From NCBI GenBank assembly GCA_051362555.1, contig CM120642.1, positions 19,096,001-19,160,000 on the forward strand: a stretch of 64,000 nucleotides of DNA. The letters run 5' to 3'. This stretch comes from Lingula anatina. Lineage: Eukaryota; Animalia; Brachiopoda. The notes below the pieces were generated by a model, which made no database searches, had not been told where the DNA came from, and worked only from the letters and a program-made list of their open reading frames with translations. Made by a program: the position numbers and the translations under genes. Positions 52,401-64,000 of this stretch are shown piece after piece; position 1 is the stretch's first letter; the number at the start of each line of letters is the position of its first letter.

Positions 52401-54735
52401 ATGTCTGTTGTCAATTCTCTTATGCAGATAAAATGCCAGAGCGCCAACAATCTAAACATTTTAAGATATTTTCACAGAAACCTTGCGCAGAGGAAAACAC
52501 TTCATCTGTCAACCCAAGGTCAAACATGGACAGGTGTCTCCGGGACTCCTGCTGAGTCCAAACAAAAATCACAAGGTCATACTGTATTACGGACATCACA
52601 GTCAGTATGCTCTTATCACCAGCACGCTTTGCAATCCCAAGGTACGCGACCAAGCGCGTGCAAGTTCGCGGTGATTCACATGGCAATGACGGAAGAAGAC
52701 TGGGACAGGATTGTCAATCCCAACCGGCTAACGGAGGTGGAGTACAGGGTGCACACGGCGCATATAGACGCTATACAGGTAAAGGATACTGAGATGATTA
52801 AAATGTGTAACAAAGTCTTAGTGTACTCTTAATTTTCAAAAAAAAAAAAAAAAAAAAATGTTTGTGCTGGCGTGCAATTATATTTATTTCATTTTTAAAG
52901 ATAATGGCATTTACAGCATGTTACATTAAATTCCAAGTTCAAGTTTCAATTTATAATGGATTATTTAGATCATTAATTTATGATGACGCAACTATAATTT
53001 AAGTGCACAACAAAGTTACTGGAAACTACATGTACCTGGCATGTATACCTCTATACCTACATGTACCTGGCATGTACAAGGCATGTATCTCTCTATCAAC
53101 AATTTGACATTTCCCTTAACATTTAATCTCTGTTAACTCAGGTTGCTAAAATGTGTATGTGGTTTTATCTGTATCTATATACATATATACTGTACTGTAC
53201 TGTACTGGTATGTAAGATCCAACATTCAATACAGCATGTCTGCATATTAGTTTAAAGAGCATTTGATGACCAGTGACTTAAACAGTTAATGCATAAGGAA
53301 TTGCTACAATACTCCATATACAGATACCTGTAATAAATTCAATGCATGAATAGTTTATTTTAACCTTTTTATATGTACTGCATGTACGTAGTATGTTACT
53401 TGCATTAATCATATATTCACTGTTACAGTAGTTGTGTTAAACACCTTTATTTATATGTTTGCATCCCTTGAAAGTAATGACTTAACATTAACACATGCCC
53501 AGGTATGTGCATTCACATTTTAAATTAGAGTGTGTCTGAGTAATTTGCATTCCTCCATGTAGTTGCCTCCAGCACTATGTTACCTGTTAAATGTCAGGTA
53601 CTGAAATTACCCATGCAGTAGCATTTATATATAATAGGTTATTCCCTTTATTAGCCTCTGCTTGCTGCCCCTTAATATATTATATTCAAAGGTCTGCTGA
53701 GTCTGTAACAATACATGAACATGTAACAGTCTCAGAGAGAAGCTTCAGTTTTTATTTATTTATTTATTTTGTAATATATTTTATGAAATTTCAATTACCA
53801 GGTATATAGTACATATACTTAATCATTAAGATATTTTGTATTTTACTTTACATCGGAATCTTATTTGTGCAGCACATACGGTATCTCAACAATTTAACCT
53901 TCGACTTTTACAGTAGTATGCTCATGAAAGTCAAACTGACTGTCAAACATTTGGTAGAGCACTTAATGTGAGATCCTATCTTTTTCTCATTTTTTGCATA
54001 CTGACCTTAAAAAACCAGAAAGGTCATAGGTGTAATTTGACCCTACTAGCTTATTACTGGACCAGGTAGTATATGTACAGTAAGTCCTGTCAGTGTACCA
54101 CTAAGTCTGCATTCACAACAATCAAATATGGTGACCCAGTTAAAAGCTTTCCTCATAATTCCTTCATAGACACTGAATAGATTCCCTGCGGGGATTACGC
54201 AACAAGCATTCAAGTTGGTCAGCCATATTTGATCCAAGGATCTGTCAGTCTGCAGTGAATGCAGCCTAAGTAATGGCATTTGGAAAGAATACAAAGCACA
54301 GAATATTGTTTTTATGCTTGTGCTGAATTTTGAAATCTTTTTATAATACCTAAGTTAACATCGAAATTTAAGGAGTGAGAAAAGGGGATCAATCGTACCA
54401 CAAAAGTATTGATTTCTTGATCTGAGTCTCCTTTTAAAGTACATCTACTATTATTGTCCCATGTCAGCTTTGAAGGCTTCAGGATATCTGCCAGATCCAA
54501 TCTCTGATATATTGACCCAACAATTTGGCAATTATTATTTGTTTTTAATTTACATGTGCAATTTGGTCAGTCAAGCAATTGTCCAACATTCTATGATTAT
54601 GTATTATTTCTTCATTCAAAACATTATCTAATATTATACATGTACCTGGATGGGATGTAGAACTATGACATGTTCACTGACTGTTAAAGACTGCACATGA
54701 TTTGAAAATATACATTAACCCAGAACAGGCATACT

Positions 54736-54829
<94 letters not shown>

Positions 54830-55385
54830 GTCAAGTTATAATGATTTAGATGAATACCTATAAAGTTTTGTTTCTACTGTTAGTTTAGAAATTGCATTTT
54901 CAAGATGATATTTTCCTGTCTTCAGAATGGTGACGAGATGTACACAGACCCCATAACTGGATTAATGGTGATGACCCGTCTAGCGCACGTCACCAGGGGG
55001 CAGTGTTGTGGAAGGGTGTGTAGACATGTGAGTAGGTCGATGGGAAGTGACATGCAATTTCTGTGCTAAGAATAATATTTATCAGGGTATAAAGAGAGAA
55101 GATTTAGTTGGTTGTCATATGTCGCTGTGAGATGGTGAATACTAGTTAAAAAATGCATCTCATTACCAGCTCCATATATGCTGGCATTCTGGTGTGTCTT
55201 TTAAAATTTGAAAAGGGGGGCAGGTTCTTTTTCTGAAAAAGGTGGACCTTTTAACTGTCTCTTACTTGTACAATTATTTTATTACAGTAATTTTTTTTTT
55301 TTTTTGGTTTCAGTGTCCTTACGGTCATGAGTTGGTACCAGAGCAAAGGCGAACGAAAGTGTTCAACTCTGCATTTTATATATGA
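52401..55385 (+). CDS. C1orf53: C1orf53-like protein (DUF5522), about 183 aa
   Basis: Exons 52401-52778, 54926-55027 and 55314-55385 (TGA). C-terminus VHTAHIDAIQNGDEMYTDPITGLMVMTRLAHVTRGQCCGRVCRHCPYGHELV...KVFNSAFYI carries the family's YxDPxTG..RGxCCGxxCRHCPY motif. Start codon is uncertain (52401 or a downstream ATG). Confidence 0.85.
54738..54825. repeat. (TA)n(CA)n microsatellite
   Basis: Seen directly. Confidence 0.95.
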
Positions 55386-57233
55386 GATTGTCACAGTGTG
55401 CTTGCAGACACTGTAGCGTACTAGCAGAGGCCAGCCAAGTGATCAGAAATCATATATGGAATGTTGTGGAAATTAAAATTCTCACTGGAAAAAAAGGGAG
55501 AAATATGCCATGGATAAGCCAGAGACATATCTGTGAATATATAGTGATAAATCAATCTGTGGCCCTGGTAGAGGGTGGGGTATGCTCATCCTGATTAACA
55601 GATTTCTGTTTATGAGCTGATGAAGTGATATATCTAAACATGTATTACTTTAAAGAAAATGTCATTTTATAGGTAAAAGTTAATGAGATAAAGTTGTGAT
55701 TTTTTTTACTTCTGTAAAATGACAATATAAATTTCTCATTTTTGTCATTTGAATCAACATGCTGCCATTCAAATTTGCAATAGTTGCCATAATTTTTATT
55801 TTTTAAAAAAAATCTTGTCACAAAGTTCTCAAAATAAATGGCACACAGCATTTCTGGGTTTATACATGTATAAATCATTTTTATACTGTTATTGCAAAAG
55901 AGCAACCATGTATAATTTGTGTTTCTCTTCTTATACAGAAGTTACAAAAAATAATACCAATGCATTGATATAAATAGTTTGTGTAGTATAGTTTTAGGTG
56001 ATTTCATAACCCCCACCCCACCATGTATTATGTTCAGATTCTTGATATTTATAACTGCTGCCTTTGCTTTTTCATTTCTACACATATATATATATGACAT
56101 GTTTGCAATATTGTTACTTATATTTTTAAGCTTATGGCATTTTTAGACATTTTTGCTTTATTTTTAAAGTTGATGAGAAAAATACTGTGAAATGGAGTAT
56201 ATTGGAGCTTTTCTGTTCTATTGCACAAATCAATACTCATTGAGCTGTATTCAGCTTTAGAAAAAACCTAAAAGTGTACTTATAAAAAAGTCTTTATATA
56301 ATAATCAAGTTATTTCAAGTTATAAAAAGCATTGGTGAACATATTCTTGCATATTGCGCAGTAGGCAGTACTGATAAGGCAATTACATATAGTGATAGGC
56401 TAGTGAGGTTGAGGTGTGCACATGTAAATTTCTCATTGCCTCAAATTATTGTCAGTATGCTCAAAATACATTTTCTTATGACCATTCGCCTTGTTATGAA
56501 CTTCTTGTTCATCTTTAGTTATGCGTTATCATATCAGCTTAATCACTTCAGCATAATTTTTTTTTACAAAAACTACATGCTTGGATTTTTTCCCTTTTTC
56601 TTGTTCATGGTTATATAAACTTAAAGAAACTAATATTACTGTCAAAATAATAAAATTCATTGTAGTTGGAGATTACAAGTTGGATGAAGCTCTGCATCAA
56701 ATATAACTGTTTTCATTATAAATGTTTCCATGTATGCATATACTTGTTATAGTGGTTTTAAAACTGTATTATTTTTAATAAGGTGCTTAACTATTATGAT
56801 TAATAAAAACTGTATGGTTTACATGACTTCGTGTTTTTATGAACAGTGAAATTCTATGTGAGCATAAGGTCTTTTCAATAATAAAGAAAATAAATATAGT
56901 TATTGCTAAGAATCATTTATTCATATAAAAGAAGTTTTCATCATATTATCATTTGCTTCAGAACAACCACAGCCAAAAATGGATCATTTGTTGGGGTAAA
57001 ATTAGTTTAAAAACTTCTGTCATAATCCTATAATTAAAAACTAACAGGACACTTCCTCTGATTGTACCTGCAGTATGTTAAGACTGCAGAGCCATTTTGT
57101 TCAAATTCACACAAAAAAAGTTACGTTCAATAAAAAACATTAAATTTCATATATCAGGCCATTATTTAACTAAGAAAATTAAGATCTTAAAACAACTGGA
57201 CCAGAATTAAATATGGCCATGAAATCTCCCATT

Positions 57234-59238
57234 TTAAATTTCTGGTTTCTTGTATTTACACTGAACCCAGACTCGGTACATCTTAATTTGGCGCCCCCTA
57301 TTGACCTGCAATCTCCTGTCTATCACATTCTGTACCTCTTCTAAACCAGCCTCGGTGAACAATTTCCGCAAGTCGTCCTGAGTAAAGAAATAAACCAGTG
57401 TTCCATCACCCCTGACATAAAAGTTTTCCCCAAGACAATGACCTTTCTTGAAACGCAGTTGTGCCAGATCGTATCTGCCATAATCCCTGAATAATATCAT
57501 TCCACCTGGTTTAAGGTGGGACACCAGACGCTGAATGGCATCCTTCATTTTATCTGGGTGAATAGCCGACAAAACAAATATCATTATGATTACGTCTAGA
57601 CTGTTTTCTGGGAATGGGAGCGGAGAAGAATCGTCTGTGAGATCATAGGTGAAAGCATGACATCTAGATGTGTCATAATCACGATGCTCTTTCACAATGT
57701 CAATGGCGGTGCTGGAGAAGTCGCAGCAATACATGAACAGCTCAGGATCATTATTTGCCTGAAGTACAGGGAACACGGTGTTACCAACCCCACACCCTAT
57801 TTCCAGAAATCGTTTCTTAGCACCATTTCCAGGATAATCTAGGAAAATATCGCTAGTCTGACAGGGACTTTTGAGAAAGTTTTCAGAAGCACTTCTTGTT
57901 GAATTACTTATATCATCACCTGCACGAACAGAATTACTTTCCTTTGCATGATCAACAGTTGATATCACATTTTCAGAATTTGGGTCAAGGTGAAGGTCAG
58001 ACATTTGAGATTTCTCCTCTGGATGCTCAACAGTGGAGGTTCTGCTTGATTTGCTTCCACCTTCTAAATTGTCATCAACAGAGGCCTCAACATCATGGGA
58101 TAGGAGATCCCTCTTGGATTTCTGCCTAGGTGTGCTGACAGTGCTGACATCTGGTGTGGGATTTGTAGTATCTGCCTGGAGATACACATTATGTAGTGAT
58201 ATAATTATGTGTAAACTGCAACAGTACAAGAATAACCACACTTAAATGCATCAAACTAGGCATAAGCTTGAGATGTTTCATATATTATGCAAGACCAAAG
58301 TAAAAAGACTACATTCCTTTACCTCCCTGCATAGTTACCCCTTAAAATCATTACCTCTCCTCACCATAATGATGTAGGAAAGTAAACTAATACAGGGACA
58401 TAACCAACATAAACTACACATTTCATAAGCATCAAACTTTATATTTATGATTATTAATTAATATTACATTATATAGTATTCCAAATTAGCAAATTACAGC
58501 ACTAAAACCTTATGTGCTTTCATCCACTGAAAATGATATCTTAAAACTATGGGAAATTACCTTCACTGGCATTCCACTTGGCCACTCCTTGGGTGCCAGT
58601 TCTGGAAACTCTGTGAACAACCAATGACGATCCTTAAAAAATCTGTTTTGGTGAATGCCATAGAAACCATTCCAGTATTCATTGGCCTCTGAGTTGTACT
58701 TGACTGAAATAAAAAAAAATCAAATTATTTTCACTCATCATTGGTTTGAGCAAGAAAAAAGTATGATGGACTGTAAGTTAGTTTGCCTCTCTTTCGCTGT
58801 GAAATCGAAATTACTTACTAGTACCAGTTACGAACTCTAAATGATGTTAAGTTCAAATGGTAACTGTGGATTATTTGATTCATACAATTGGTGATCATTT
58901 CTGTGCAGGTTTCATATGTGGTATGTTTGACACTAGTACATCAAACTTTTATAATTTTCTAGTCATAAGTGTAAAATATTAAAAACCTTTACTTTTAACT
59001 TCTTTATTTTCATTTGCTAGCTAATATCTTAAAACGCACAGAGTTATACTCTATGCAGTATAGACTTGCCTCTCCTTTCATCTTCCACAAGCTGCGCTGA
59101 ATTTTCAGCAACTTTTCTTCTGGCTTCGTCCTCTTGCTCATCATCCCACACGACATTGTCCCAGGCATTATGCTCAAAAACGTTCTTTGCATCTGTAAGG
59201 TAGCGGTTGCCAAACTGGGGGCGGGTATTCTCAGACAT
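57234..59238 (-). CDS. METTL2: tRNA N3-methylcytidine methyltransferase METTL2 (Trm140 family), about 417 aa
   Basis: Exons 59238-59070 (GC donor), 58703-58561 and 58175-57234 (TAA); probable UTR exon with donor at 60251. Motifs: RPQFGNRYL...[87 protein letters not shown]. Confidence 0.93.
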
Positions 59239-60927
59239 CTCTGTTGTGAAGAAAAAAGTTTATTCAAATCCATAAATATGACAAAATGTTTTTAAAAATT
59301 ACTGTGGAAGTCATGTTAATCAACTGTAACAGCTAAGATCAGAGTAACTGTTCTATAACCAAAAAAATAATAATAAATAAAATAAATAAATAAATATATA
59401 AATAAAAAATAAATATAATAGAAAATTAAAAAAACTCTGTTTAAGAAACTGGGCTATTAACACAAACTAAGACTTACTCTCTGCATGACAAAACATGGTA
59501 CAGCCTCTACACATGGCCTATAATTTTATAAGGTGTCTGTCTCAAAGTACATGGGGAATTCTCTCAATTATGGTAATTACACAAATTTTAATGGGAAAAA
59601 ATTTTCAACCTTTCAGATACATAATTTAGAAATCACTAAAATTATATTTCTTCATTCTATATGGTACTTGTGGTGCTTTCATGGTATAAAATAGAATTAA
59701 AGCCTAGGGAAAGTCGCAGTGCTTTTCAATTTTGTTGCTACCACCAACAGGAATGTTGTATAGGTTAAGAATTAATGACTTAAAAAACACAGCATCAGAA
59801 ACAAAATCACAATTTTCTCCATTGATAAGACTGAATCATTACTGTAAGCCCCTGAGATTTAAGCCTTATATGCTATAGGTATCTTATATTGCAGCTAAAA
59901 GCGATATACAATTTACCTGTGGTAAGGTTACCTATGGCACGTAAATCCGAAACACTTGAAAGGCTGCTTGTATGAAAACTTCTATTCTGAACACAACCTA
60001 AGGGACATAAATTTTAATTTGAATATTAAAAAAATTAGCTTCTTACTCTAAACATTATTACGTTTACAGAAAGATCAGATGACTCAAATAAATCCCAATT
60101 ATTAAAACAAAATTTCCTGTCACTTAAAAAACACATATTTTACTGGTACATTTCTAATGGCAAATCTGATAAATAAGATACTCAATAAATATACTAACTT
60201 AAAGACCAAGTATGAATATCAGTATATCAGTCTGTCGAGATTTTACGTACCTTATGACTTTCCACGCAAGATAACAAGAAATGGTGTCCCTTGGGGGATT
60301 TAGTCACTACTTAGAAACCAAAAACATATGTTTTCCCAACTCGACGCATATTCTCGCTTCACTTATCAACGAAGTTCAGCGAGGTCTACATGCCGGCTGC
60401 GGGGTTTTCCGATAGGTGGCAGTGCGGTGCACAGCTTAAAGACAAACTGGAGCACAGAGAACAACATTGAATGATAAACGTTAGATTTCCCTAAAATTTA
60501 ATAGACTAAAATGCTCTTAAAAACTAAGAAAGATGTTTTTGAAAAAGTTACAATGGTTTATAAAATAAAGAATTAAGACAAAGACACTTAATTAATGCCT
60601 TTAAAATATCCATTTCCTTTTACAATCTTACTAGACTTCATGTGTAAATATTATATTATTGTAGTATGTTTTTGCCCTTACCCAGTCGGCGAATAGCTGT
60701 AAAGCTAATGTTTCCTTTCAATTTATACCCGACATGAAATAAAATTTATTGTATTGTGTTGTATCCATTACATTTTTCACGGTTAAAAATTGTGTCGGCG
60801 GTGAAATGTGAAATATGTAGGCCTATGTATGATCAACTGATTGTGCTAGTAGTGCAAAAAAGAAAAAATCCAACCGTACACAGAAAACTTAACATGATTG
60901 TACAACAAGGAGTACTCGGCATAACCA

Positions 60928-61252
60928 CAGGGATGGATCCAGGATTAATTGAAGGAGGGGGGGGGGGGGAGGAGTCTGCGGATGCGAAGCCGACCTTACC
61001 CTCTCCACCCCCCACCCCCACCCCTTGGCGTGGGGTTCGGGGCCTGCTGAAGGGCCCCGGATTTTTTTGGTAATTTAGAGGGCGAAAGATGTCATTTGGT
61101 ACGGTTTAGAACTATGATTCAGCTATTCAAAATTCTAATTGCAAGAGGGGGACCATATTGGTGTGATTTTTTTTTTTTTTCAGAAATTGAAGGGGGAGGG
61201 GGGGGGGGGTCAGGATCCCCCCTAGCTGACACCCCCCTATAAATCCGCCACT
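60928..61252 (+). mobile_element. Same hAT-like MITE family as 26239-27620, copy 4
   Basis: CAGGGATGGATCCAGGATT...GGATGCGAAGCCGA...AGAACTATGATTCAGCTATTCAAAATTCTAATT...AAATCCGCCACT. Confidence 0.75.
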
Positions 61253-62249
61253 CCTGTTGATGTCATTTGGGGGATTTTCAAACCCATAGGTGTACCTTTA
61301 AGGTTGAAATTTTTGTAGTTGTGAATTTTTCAAACAATAACTCATTATTTGTTATCATTAATAAAAACTCTATTTAAAACCATTTGTAAAACAAAACAAA
61401 ACAAAACAAAAATCAAGTTTGATTTCATAGATATAAGCTAGGACTCTTGTTCATAAATGTTTTTAACACATGCAAAATAATGAAGGTAACGTAGGCCTAT
61501 ACCCAGCTTACACAGAACGTTTTGAAAACAGGGTTATATATATTGGTTAGACCATCAACAACTGTTAAGAGAACATTATTCTAACGTTCTACAATGCCGC
61601 TGTCATTACTATTCAGTATTGATCCGAGAAACGCTGCCAGTTAGTTGTATTAACGCATATAAATTTTGATGAAATTTTCAAATTATACACTTTTGTTAAT
61701 TTTAGCAAAAACACATGAACAAAGGATTTCATATTTTGCATCACTACAATCTGCACAACTTTAATCATCCCATCAAGTATTAAAACGTTCTAACAATGTT
61801 ATAAAAATAAAATATGTGTCGGTTATATTTACCAATATAGCAAACAGCAGTCGCGCCATACGCTGTCGATTGGGCATCAAGCCGAAATTACCGACATAAT
61901 GAAAAGTTTTAAAAAAAATCTTTAAAAGTAGACTTTAATTATATAATAAGGTTTATCAAAATTATTAAAAAGGTGTTTTCAAGTAATCCTGATAGTTCAT
62001 TAGCGTTTGTGATGAATTAATGAATTGTTTTATCTTCATTTTAGAAAATTCATGCTAATAAATTGCTTACAAGGTCAGCTTACACAGAAGTAGTCAAATA
62101 GTTTAGCAGTAACTGAAGCAAGTAGGGGTGAATAGTACGCCACGGTCATCTGATAAACAAGTTGGGGTAGTCCATTCAATGGGAGGGGTCTAGTGGAGAA
62201 AATCCACTCAATCTGAGGGATGCCAGGTAGTGTAACTCCATTCCAAATA

Positions 62250-62841
62250 AAGGGGTGTTTATTGGGGCGATGCCATTCCATTAGAGGGGTGGCAGGTGGG
62301 GCGATTCCATTGCAATAGAAGGGGTGGCAGGTGGGGCGATTCCATTGCAATAGAAGGGGTGGCAGGTAGGGGGAGCCCATTGCATAAAAGGGGGTGACAG
62401 GTGGGGCGAGTCCATTGCATTAGAAGGGGGTGACAGGTGGGGCGAGTCCATTGCATAAAAGGGGGGGTGACAGGTGGGACGAGTCCATTGCATTGGAAGG
62501 GGTGACAGGTGGGGCAAGTCCATTGCATTGGAAGGGGTGACAGGTGGGGCCAGTCCATTGCATTAGAAGGGGGTGACAGGTGGGGCGAGTCCATTGCATA
62601 AAAGGGGGGTGACAGGTGGGACGAATCCATTGCATAAAAGGGGGGTGACAGGTGGGGCGAGTCCATTGCATTAGAAGGGGTGACAGGTGGGGCAAGTCCA
62701 TTGCATAAAAGGGGGTGACAGGTGGGGCGAGTCCATTGCATTAGAAGGGGTGACAGGTGGGACAAATCTATTGCATTAGAAGGGGTGACAGGTGGGACGA
62801 GTCCATTGCATAAAAGGGGGGGTGACAGGTGTGGCGAGTCC
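62250..62841. repeat. G-rich minisatellite, 35-38 bp unit, about 16 copies
   Basis: Consensus GGGGTGACAGGTGGGGCGAGTCCATTGCATTAGAA with a variable G-run length. Confidence 0.92.
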
Positions 62842-63579
62842 TGTAATTATCCCAATTTGGTTCAGAGAACAGGAAGTGAAGAAATTGTTCTGTTACACCC
62901 TCAGAAATCAATTTTTTGGCCAATTTCAGTCGAATTCATTTATTAAAACTTACTTCATTTTAGCTTACATCCGAATCATCCCACCTTTTCATTATTACGT
63001 TCTAATTTCAAATTAAGTATTTATACTAAGAGTAGGCCGCCAAATTTAAACAATCCATGATAGCAAAAGCCAAAACCCGTCAAAATGGGACCCTCCCTAT
63101 ATGAGAAAATATAGGAAAATTATATCCAAACGAATTAGTTCCATATGCTATAGGGCAAAAATCTCATGTGAATTTTTTAATTTTTTAATAACCAGGAATA
63201 ACCAGAAATAAATTTTAAATATAAAATGTAAGTTGTTGGAAACCATTTAAGAAATTTTATTCCAGTGCGCTAAATCAGCTTGCAGGGTTTTTTTAAAAAG
63301 AAAATACTGGTCATTTTATAACTGTTTAAGATTTAGGTACCACAGAAAACCGTCAACCACAAAAACATTGACATTATTAATAGTTCAGATTGAATTTTAA
63401 AGTCTCAAACACTAAGAATAACTCGCTTTCTATTGATTACTACTATTCTTATCATAATAATTTCATAACAAAGTGAAAAATAAAACACCAAATTTCAAAA
63501 GTTTTTTTTTATTATTGAGTTTTTATATAAGAGATGTTTAGGTACGAAGGAGCGTGGGTTCCTGTGTGTGAAACAAAGG

Positions 63580-63633
63580 CTAGACTTCATAGGCTGCTAT
63601 CAGGTGGATGCTGTGCAGAATCTGGTTGAGCTC
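63580..63633 (-). CDS. Possible terminal coding exon of a gene extending beyond the window
   Basis: Good acceptor TTTATCTTTTCAG| followed by a GC-richer stretch (ELNQILHSIHLIAAYEV* in one frame). Frame and identity are unresolved. Confidence 0.25.
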   Translation of the reverse strand, partial: ELNQILHSIHLIAAYEV

Positions 63634-64000
63634 CTGAAAAGATAAAATAATGTTTACATGTTTGAACTAAACAGACAGGCTCTTTAAATTCTAATAATGC
63701 AAGTAATATCACGGGGCAGAAGGCAAAATAAATGGAATGGCGTGCACGTTTATTAACTAGTCTGATGTTCAGGTTCAGCTAGCGTAAAAGCAAAATTATG
63801 ATCTGAAATTAGTTAATGATATAACTATTTGAGGCCTCTTGTTAAAAAGTAACATTGATGGGACAGTCCGTTTCATTTGCAGGGTGGGTGAGCTTATTGC
63901 TACGACCGTTAATATATTCCTCTTGATATTGAAAGTTATAACAGCTGTTGTAGTACATAATGACGCATTTCAGAGAAAGAGATCATTTACAAATTCTCTT

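Noticed and set aside
53027-53095. Short TACATGTACCTGGCATGTA duplication (also the 44030-44195 and 28265-28400 short tandems)
   Set aside because: Ordinary local slippage duplications with no further signal.
62075-63016. Several overlapping Pro/Cys-rich ORFs and a superficially CRISPR-like periodicity
   Set aside because: The ORFs are translations of the minisatellite. Units are contiguous with no unique spacers, there are no cas genes, and the DNA is eukaryotic.
63534-63645. Plus-strand readings of the 63.55-kb GC-richer patch
   Set aside because: Short, weak acceptor and no upstream exons found; the minus-strand terminal exon is slightly more plausible.

Overview
AT-rich, intron-rich animal genomic DNA (invertebrate; lophotrochozoan or mollusc-like by inference only). 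I assembled exons by eye from splice sites, checking phase at every junction. In order: the 3' end of a dopamine/tyramine beta-hydroxylase (+); whirlin (-, 18 coding exons, about 1271 aa); a small 4-exon type II membrane protein with a tyrosine-motif tail and a GP2/uromodulin-type D8C/D10C ectodomain (-); DENND1/connecdenn (-, about 23 exons); a C1orf53/DUF5522 homolog (+, head-to-head with DENND1); METTL2 (-); and possibly the last exon of another gene near 63.6 kb. Introns and intergenic DNA carry non-autonomous DNA transposons (a 2-kb foldback element, Harbinger-like and hAT-like MITEs), a G-rich minisatellite and microsatellites. The top candidate novelty is the 28.7-30.7 kb gene: a Dectin-1/CLEC-2-like type II receptor layout (hemITAM-like DDGYVHL) with a GP2-like decoy module in place of a lectin domain. 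Other leads are candidate alternative whirlin and DENND1 exons, two GC-AG introns and ancient DENND1-C1orf53 linkage. I recognised no rRNA, tRNA or CRISPR features.
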